Program-made: the position numbers and the translations under genes
NCBI GenBank assembly: GCA_039621445.1
Contig: CP154954.1
Span: 20,756,642 to 20,820,641, forward strand
Origin: Euglena gracilis
Lineage: Eukaryota
Length of the DNA: 64,000 nucleotides
Direction of reading: 5' to 3'
In this document: positions 1 through 64,000 of the stretch, in pieces
How the letters are laid out: every line of letters starts with the position of its first letter
How positions within the stretch are numbered: the first letter of the stretch is position 1
Notes under the pieces: model-generated
What the model saw: the letters and a program-made list of their open reading frames with translations, nothing else
Databases searched by the model: none
Told to the model about the DNA's origin: nothing

Positions 1-2512
1 CACGAAAATTTGGGTCGTTAAGGGTCCATTTTAAGCATTTTGACAAAGTGGCGATTTTGAGAATTAATGGTCGTTTTAGGGGGGGTTTTGGAAAACACCC
101 CCCTGGAACGCCCTGAAATTTTGAAAAACAGAAAACAGCCGGAGAACACCTCGCCTCTGAAGCCCCGGTTGTTTGGTGAGGCTACCGGACCCCCCCTCTG
201 GAGGGGGGGTGACACGGTGTGGCAGGTGACGAAGAGGCACCCGCTTAAGCAACCCGCGCATTTTTGAACAACTCGTGAGTCCCGACGTCCAGTGATGGGA
301 GACGTGAACACACAGCACTGCCCAACAGATGCTACAATTTCTTGGAAGAGATGTTTTAAGCGGTAAACCGCGCAAAATGAGTTTTTGTGATGAAGAGATG
401 CTGGCCTAACGGAGGGGACTGGACTGGGAATAACGTTAAAAACGAGGTTACACGGTTTACCGCGTAAAGAAGTGATGATTCCTCAGGCGAAAACCCGCGC
501 ACAAGGGTTTGAGAAGGAGAACAGTTCGTGTTTGTGGATGACACGTGGGAGCGGGAAGTGGGAACGCACAGAAACCTCCAGAAGTGGGTCATCACGTGAA
601 GTTGTTAATGAACAAGTTTGGGGGAGAGGGAGGGGGACTTTGGGGCGTTATTGAACGATAGCAGTGGGCGGTTATCCGCCTACTTCGTTTTTAGTTTGCG
701 CGGGTTTCCGCCCAGATGAGGTTTGGGTGGAAACCCGAGTGGAGCTTGTTGCTGTCCTGATGGTTTGTGTTTTGTGATGTTTTGGTGTCCCAGTATTGTC
801 GGTGTCAGTGGTGACGTGTGGCGACATCGTTTTTGACAGTTGGTCGGGACAGGTTGAAAGGGAGCTGTGGCTGCTGCGCCGTGACAGCAAGCAGCCGAGC
901 AGGCGGAAACCCGCCTGGCATTTGAGCAGGAGGTGGACACCCTCCTCTGCAATTCGGACGTAGTAATGTTCCCCCCGGCTAGTGCTGAAGGGGTGGCTGC
1001 AGGGACAGCAGTGGAACGCACGTGTCAGTTGCCAGGCCGGGTGAGCTGCGGTAGAGAAGATGTTTTGTTACCGTCCCAAAAAACGGCCAAAAAACTGAGG
1101 TTGATTTCTCAGGAGGAACAAAAGCACCTCCCAGGGCCCTTCTCCTGGAACCCAACGGTCTTGGTGGCCCCAAAATCAGGGTTTGGGGAAGGCTGACGAA
1201 GAAGTGATTCAAGATATGGACGGAGAAACGCCTGTTTCAGCAGCTGATGACAGCAATCGAACAATTTTGTAGGGTTTTCAGAAGGAGTCCTCCAGGTTCT
1301 GAGAAAATCAAGGCCTTTTCAATTGTTTTTTGAAGGAGTTTCACAACATTTTTCGTTTGAAAAGCTGCAGTTTTTGCTGAAATTCAGACAGAATGCCCAA
1401 ACCACCTCTTTTTAACTGGCTCTTCTTCCCTCGGGGTCGGCAACATGCCTGCAGAGAGGCAACGGTGGTCTCCACAGTCAAAAGCCGTGTGGAAGGGGGG
1501 TAAACCAGAAGGTCGTCGTTCTCAACCAACGCCGGGTCGATGTTTGACCCGGTGCATTTTGGCCTCCATCCACGTAACCACCCTCAGCACAAGTGTGTCC
1601 GGTCCTTTTGGAAACCACCCCTGCTCTGAGTGCCCAAGTTTAAGGGCTGGCCATCTCTCCTCGTTTGGTCAACCCCTGCTGGTTCAATCTCCTCTCCCTG
1701 GTTTCCGTAAACCTCCACCCCTCAAACTCACCACAACACGCCAGACGCCATTCAGTTGCAAACTGCCTGGCAACAAAGTCTGTCGTCCGTGTCCTCCGCA
1801 AAGATTCACGCCTGTGACTGGTGTCACAAGTAGGGTTGCAAAACTTTGCCAACAAACCAGCAGACTTCATTTCTAGGGTGGCTTCCATCTCACCCCCCCC
1901 ATCCCATCGTCCACAAATGCTTTGCTTTTTCTGCTGACCCTTAACCCGGCCACACGGATTCCCGCTTACACCCAGTCGCCTTACACTCACCACGTATACA
2001 CACATACCAGGCGGATTCCCTCCTACCAATCATCAACTGTTTGTGTTATTGTACGCGGTAATCCGCGCACCATGCTTTGTTTTCACTTGTACGCGGTTAT
2101 CCGCGTACAAGTGCATTGTGCGCGGATTACCACCCAAACGTTTAACTCCGTTGTCTGTCACCTCTTGTTTCGTTTTACGCGGTTATCCGCACACACTTGT
2201 ATTGTTCACTCGTCTCTCAAATACTGTTATTAACATAAACCATGGACACACAGCCCCATGTCACACCTGTTCAAAATCGGTGTTTTTCCAGCCATTTCAA
2301 ACAGTTCTAGTACACTCCCAACTCACACAACTCACACACAATCGGAAATCGGCTAAGCGGAATACCGCGCAAAACCACTTCTGTTAAATTTTGGCCCAAA
2401 GCCGCCACACACCCCTCTCAGCTCAAATCTTTTTGCCCTTTTAGGTGTTTTTAAAACAGCCAAAAAACGCCAAAAAACGCAAAAATCGGTTGGGCAATTC
2501 GCGCCGCCTAAG
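1..2512. mobile_element. Non-autonomous ~2.8 kb TIR DNA element, copy 1 (left end lies upstream of the window)
   Basis: Colinear, diverged homologue of 32729-35399. Ends in the same right TIR TTGGGCAATTCGCGCCGCCTAAG (to 2512). Lacks a ~170 bp internal segment present in copy 2 (about 33856-34025). No recognisable transposase ORF. Confidence 0.9.
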
Positions 2513-2859
2513 TTTGTTTTGTTTTCACCCCAAATACCGGAATCCCTAAATTGACCCCAACTTCTCAACCGGTGTGTACAGGTTTGGCATCAGAGCACCG
2601 GAATGCCAAACACTGATGAACTTTCACATGCAATTCAATAATTTACATGGCACCCGCAGGGGTTGGAGGGGAGTTGTCATCTGATGAGCCCCAAAAAGCC
2701 ATGTCCCCTTCGATTGGTCAACCTGTTGATCACAGTAGTGTTTTTGAGGGGATTCAATCTCTTGATTGAATCCCCCCCCCCAGGAAAGTTGTCACCTTGC
2801 ATTGGCTTGTACCAGCTGACCACTTCCCGGGGGGGGGGTCAGGGCAGGGGGGCACGCCC

Positions 2860-40347
<37,488 letters not shown>

Positions 40348-41829
40348 CCTTTTGGTGGCCCGGGAGCCTAGTCCAGCTGTCTTCTGAATGCGGTCCTTCT
40401 TTTCAACACACCCTGCCATTCCCTTTCTAAACGTTCAGGCGGTGGCATGGGGCACCCAAGACCACGATGCCGTCCCCAGCCGATGACAACCTGGTCACGG
40501 CGTCCCTGGCGGTAGATGGGAACCGCTTCGGGCGGCCCAGGGGAGTGCCTGCCCTGGATTTGCCTTTTGACTTCTCTTTCCTCGCGGTACTTTTTATCGG
40601 ACTGCCTCCTCTCTCCCCTCTCCGCCCCCGCCCCCTACCCCCATAACCTCCACCCCCGGAGCTAGAGGTATGGCTTCGCCTCAGTGTACCGATATTTATG
40701 AGATTCCTGTGCTCGCGACGTCTCATCTCACTCTTTCTTGGGGCACAGAGGCGGCCTGGTGCTCTTTCTTCACCGCTTCCCATCATTTTGTACATTCCCC
40801 TTCCTTCCACCTGCTGGTCACCAACCAAATCTCAATGTCTCTGAGTCACTTTCAAGTTCTTCTCAGCTCCTCAATTATATTGCGACCTCTGGTGGGTTTA
40901 ATGATTATTTTGGTGCCACACCCCTTTGTCGCCACCCAGTTTTTGTTCTCCTTGCCTTGATTTCATTTGTCTGTCGATAGCAATCATCACCCTTACCAAT
41001 AGTCGCAGGTCTGCTACTTGTGGGATCTTTCCTGGGAGGCTCTTCACCTTTGGGCTGCAGGAAATTCGACTGATTCAAGAGGATCCGAACACATCATAAA
41101 CCCCTCCCCCCCACAAAACCAACCCCCCCCCCAAATAACACCCCCCCCCCCTCGGGGTCCGACTTCGGCGACCGACCCGGATTTTTATTTGAAAATGTCG
41201 GTAAAAATCAATGAAAATGTAGGTAAAAAACACAGTCACAATCTCCGACAACAAATTACAATAAAAATCGATTTTTTTATGGATCATCTGGCCTGCAAAA
41301 AAGCTTAATTTCATGAGAAAGGACAAAAAATGACCCCAAAGGGAGGCTTTGGGTGTAATTTTGGGTCCTACGGAACTTGAAAAATTTGAAAAAATTTTGG
41401 GGTGCTGTTACCCCAAAATAATACCCCCCCTCAGGCCAGGACTTCGGGCGAGAAAAATAATACCCCGGGGGCATTATTTCATTATTTGGGTGAGGGTTTA
41501 ATATGCCTGTCTAATTATCTCTTCGAGAAATTGAGCTCACAGATTTCTTGATTGACCTTCAGAAGGCCAAATGATATCAAAAGAATTATGGACAGTTGTG
41601 GACATCAAGCGAAGATGGAGCAACAACTTCTCGATGTGAAGTGGTAGATATGATTTGTTCTTGCAGAACTTCACCATTTTTTTTGCAATTTTTCTGCCGT
41701 GCAGTTTTTGATTTGCCCGTGTGCAGTTTTTGCCCCCCGCCTTGGATCAAGGTTATTGTTGTTGTGCAATACGATGAAACCTCAACTGCAGGCCATCAAG
41801 GTTGCGCCCAAAGTGGAAGTCATGCCCAC

Positions 41830-41885
41830 GCCAGTCCCCCCCCCACCCCTCCGCACGAGGGTCCGCCTGGCCACCTGCGCCACAG
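41830..41885 (+). promoter_or_regulatory. Candidate spliced-leader trans-splice acceptor region for NBS1
   Basis: C-rich tract followed by CACAG (41881-41885), 70 nt upstream of the ATG. Euglenozoan mRNAs are SL trans-spliced. The site is inferred, not shown. Confidence 0.4.
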
Positions 41886-41954
41886 GAGCCGCGCCACACA
41901 CCCTCTCCGCGCCTTTGGCTCGCCGCGTCGGAGCCAGTCGGAGGTGCCGGTCCG

Positions 41955-61569
<19,615 letters not shown>

Positions 61570-64000
61570 GTACGCTTGGGTGTGAAGTTGACGGCGTCTG
61601 TGGCCATCCGCGCAAGAGAAAATCGTTTCGCCACTGAAAGCACCGGAGGAAATTTAAATAAAAGAATTTGTGCCCCACAAGGGGTGGGGGGGCGGATCCC
61701 CCCACTCACCATGATTGGGCTTGGGGTGGCGTTTGACCAATCCACCTCCCTGGATTCCAAGGTTCCAGTAATTCCCATTCACAGGGGATCCCCCCCTGTG
61801 AGATTGTGGATTTGTTCATCCATCCATCCATCCATCCAGGTCGAGCCCAAAGGAGAATTTACCTGGCCTGGAAAGTATTGTGGTGTTTCGTTACTACAGG
61901 GTGGGTGCCTTCCAGGGACTGACCGCCCCCCCCCCCCACCAGGCTTTCCCAACAACCCAGAACCCCCCGAGTCATCTTGAAGTGGTTCTTTGGGTTTTGG
62001 CGGGTGCCGGCCGACACCTATTTGTTTTCGGGGGGGGGGGGACACGGTGAAGGAGACCCCCCCTAACTGTGGAGTATGTGCTTGGCGGGGGCTTTATGGC
62101 CGGCAAAGTAAACCAGGTCAGCCCCACCAAGCTCCGGCCACCTCCACAAACACAGACAGAGGGGCCAGAGGCGGACAACAGCGCCAGGCCAGAAGGGAGG
62201 ATAAAAGGCACCTAAAAAAAAGCCGCAGTGGACACGGGGGGGGGGGCATTGGGCCTCCGCATGCGGCCTGCGGGTCGGCCGGGCATCGCCCATCGCCCGG
62301 CCGACCCGCAGGCAGCTGCCGGTCTCCCCCGGGCGTCCCCCGCCGCCGTCCCCCGGGTCCACAGCCCGCCCCGCAGGTCGGCCCCCTCCCCTGCAGCCTG
62401 TGCCGTGCGGAGGGAGTGCCCCGAACGACTCTCCATTCCCGGCCCGGCTTCGCATCCATCACCGTCGTCGGTAGTGCTGTCGTAGCGGCTGTTGTCGTCT
62501 TTCTCCTGCTTCGCTCGTCTCCACCAACAGCGTTGGACCGGTTGGCTGGCTCATACAGTCACTTAGTCACTGGCCGACCCCCCCCCCCGAAGTGGGTGAC
62601 TGGTATTTTTTAGAGTGAGGGGGGAGGTGGCAAAAAGCCACCAAAGTGCCCTGCCGCCAAAGGCGGCAGAATTTTCTTGGGGGCCATCTCTCACGTTTGT
62701 TTTGCCGTCCGTTGCGGACTGCCCTGCCAACAGAAGCTCCACCCCAGAGGTCATAACTGGGGTCATATGGCACCGAAGAAATTATACCCAAAATTTCAGT
62801 AATAAACACAAAACAGCAAGTAAAAAATGCAAGTTGGATGTAAGGAGCTTCTCTTAAGGAGCTCCCGAGAACGTACACATTTCTGCTGAAGAGGACAGAA
62901 GACGAAGTTCTCTGGTGCCAGCAACCACATTCCAGACTCATCGCATCATGCGCGCAAGCTTGCCAGACTCGCGCGCATGATGTTTGTGAATTGGGGGCGT
63001 ATAAATGCGCATTCTGTGCTGCAGGTCCCGAACTGAGGGCTCGAGGTTGAATCTTTGCCAGTTGGTCTGCTTTAAATTTGATTTTTAATTTGATTAAATT
63101 GAATTTTTTTCCTGTTTTGATTCAAACCCAGTCTGAGGATGCTTGTGGGAAAACAGACCCCCTTGAAAATTTTTTCATCATGCTTTTCACCATTTTCTGA
63201 CATGAAAGGCAGCAAAACCTGGTCAAAAGTAGTCAAAACAGCAAACACTGACCCAAAAAGTCGGCAAAAGTGGCAAAAGCAGACAAAAAGCAGCAACGTG
63301 GCCAAAAGTGGGCAAAAGTGGACAAGAGTCGGCAAAAAGTGTTGGTTTTCGGCAGTGACGCCAATTTGTCACCAGCAACAAACATTGGCAGAAAATAAAA
63401 AAGCAACACCCAAAATATTAAAACCATGGGACGAGCGACCGACACCCAAAGCAACTTGGGGACCAGGGCAAGGTACAAGTTTTAGGCAACCCCTGAAAAG
63501 TAGTAAAAGAGCGAACCAGAAGAAAATCTCGCACACCATGAAACAGCTGGAACAGCACACGCAAACAACATCCACCATTGGCAAACCAACCCCAACCGGG
63601 GCGGGGGGGGAGGGGGACGCAACATGGACCCTGAAAAAAGCAACACAAAAAAAAACGCAAAAAAAAAACGGAAATTGCATGCGAATCCCTTAGCGAGAGA
63701 CGAAAAATTTCGGCTCTGTTGAGAAGATTTTCCATTTTACATAAAAATAAGCATTTTGTTGACCAAAAAAACACTACAATAACAAAAATTTGCCAAAATT
63801 TTTAGTCTTGGTGGAAAATCAAAAAAATTACCAAAAAAATTCAGAAACCACCGGGTGAAAAAAACCACAAAAAAACCAAAAAAAATGCAAAAACGCAAAT
63901 TTCGCCAAAATCGGAAAAAAAAAACAACAAAAAAACGTGTTTGCATTTCCCCCCCTGCCCAACCCTAACTACAGGGTCATCAACCCATCCTCTGGCCCAG

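Noticed and set aside
360-2368. CRISPR or integron interpretation of the GCGG-N4-CCGC sites
   Set aside because: Repeat core is only 12 bp, spacing is irregular (about 30 to 1000 bp), and there are no cassette ORFs or integrase. Kept only as a binding-site hypothesis.

Overview
Eukaryotic nuclear DNA, almost certainly from a euglenid (Euglena-like). This is inferred from short, very GC3-rich exons separated by a mix of GT-AG/GC-AG introns and many nonconventional stem-forming introns, where intron +4..+6 (often CAG) pairs with -8..-6 (often CTG). Two + strand genes fill the window. The first is the 3' part of a large coiled-coil protein gene (more than 30 exons, about 2860 to about 40350) with mostly nonconventional introns. 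The second is an NBS1/nibrin orthologue (ATG 41955; FHA, BRCT region and a KxFxK MRE11-binding-like motif; at least 17 exons to 61569, 3' end unresolved). Introns are packed with microsatellites, a 3.4 kb (CTATA)n array and non-autonomous TIR elements. These include at least eight CAG...CTG hAT-like elements with 8-bp TSDs, two copies of a 2.8 kb element with a 5-bp TSD, and a nested element pair. Main hypothesis: the nonconventional intron geometry (3 nt + stem + 5 nt) equals a hAT-like element plus exactly one 8-bp TSD, which would also explain the Y|R...Y|R junction pattern. Other leads are a GCGG-N4-CCGC palindrome shared by two unrelated-looking TIR families and a twice-present ~150-nt segment with compensatory base-pair changes. 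All exon and intron borders were deduced by eye from frame continuity and need RNA-seq confirmation.
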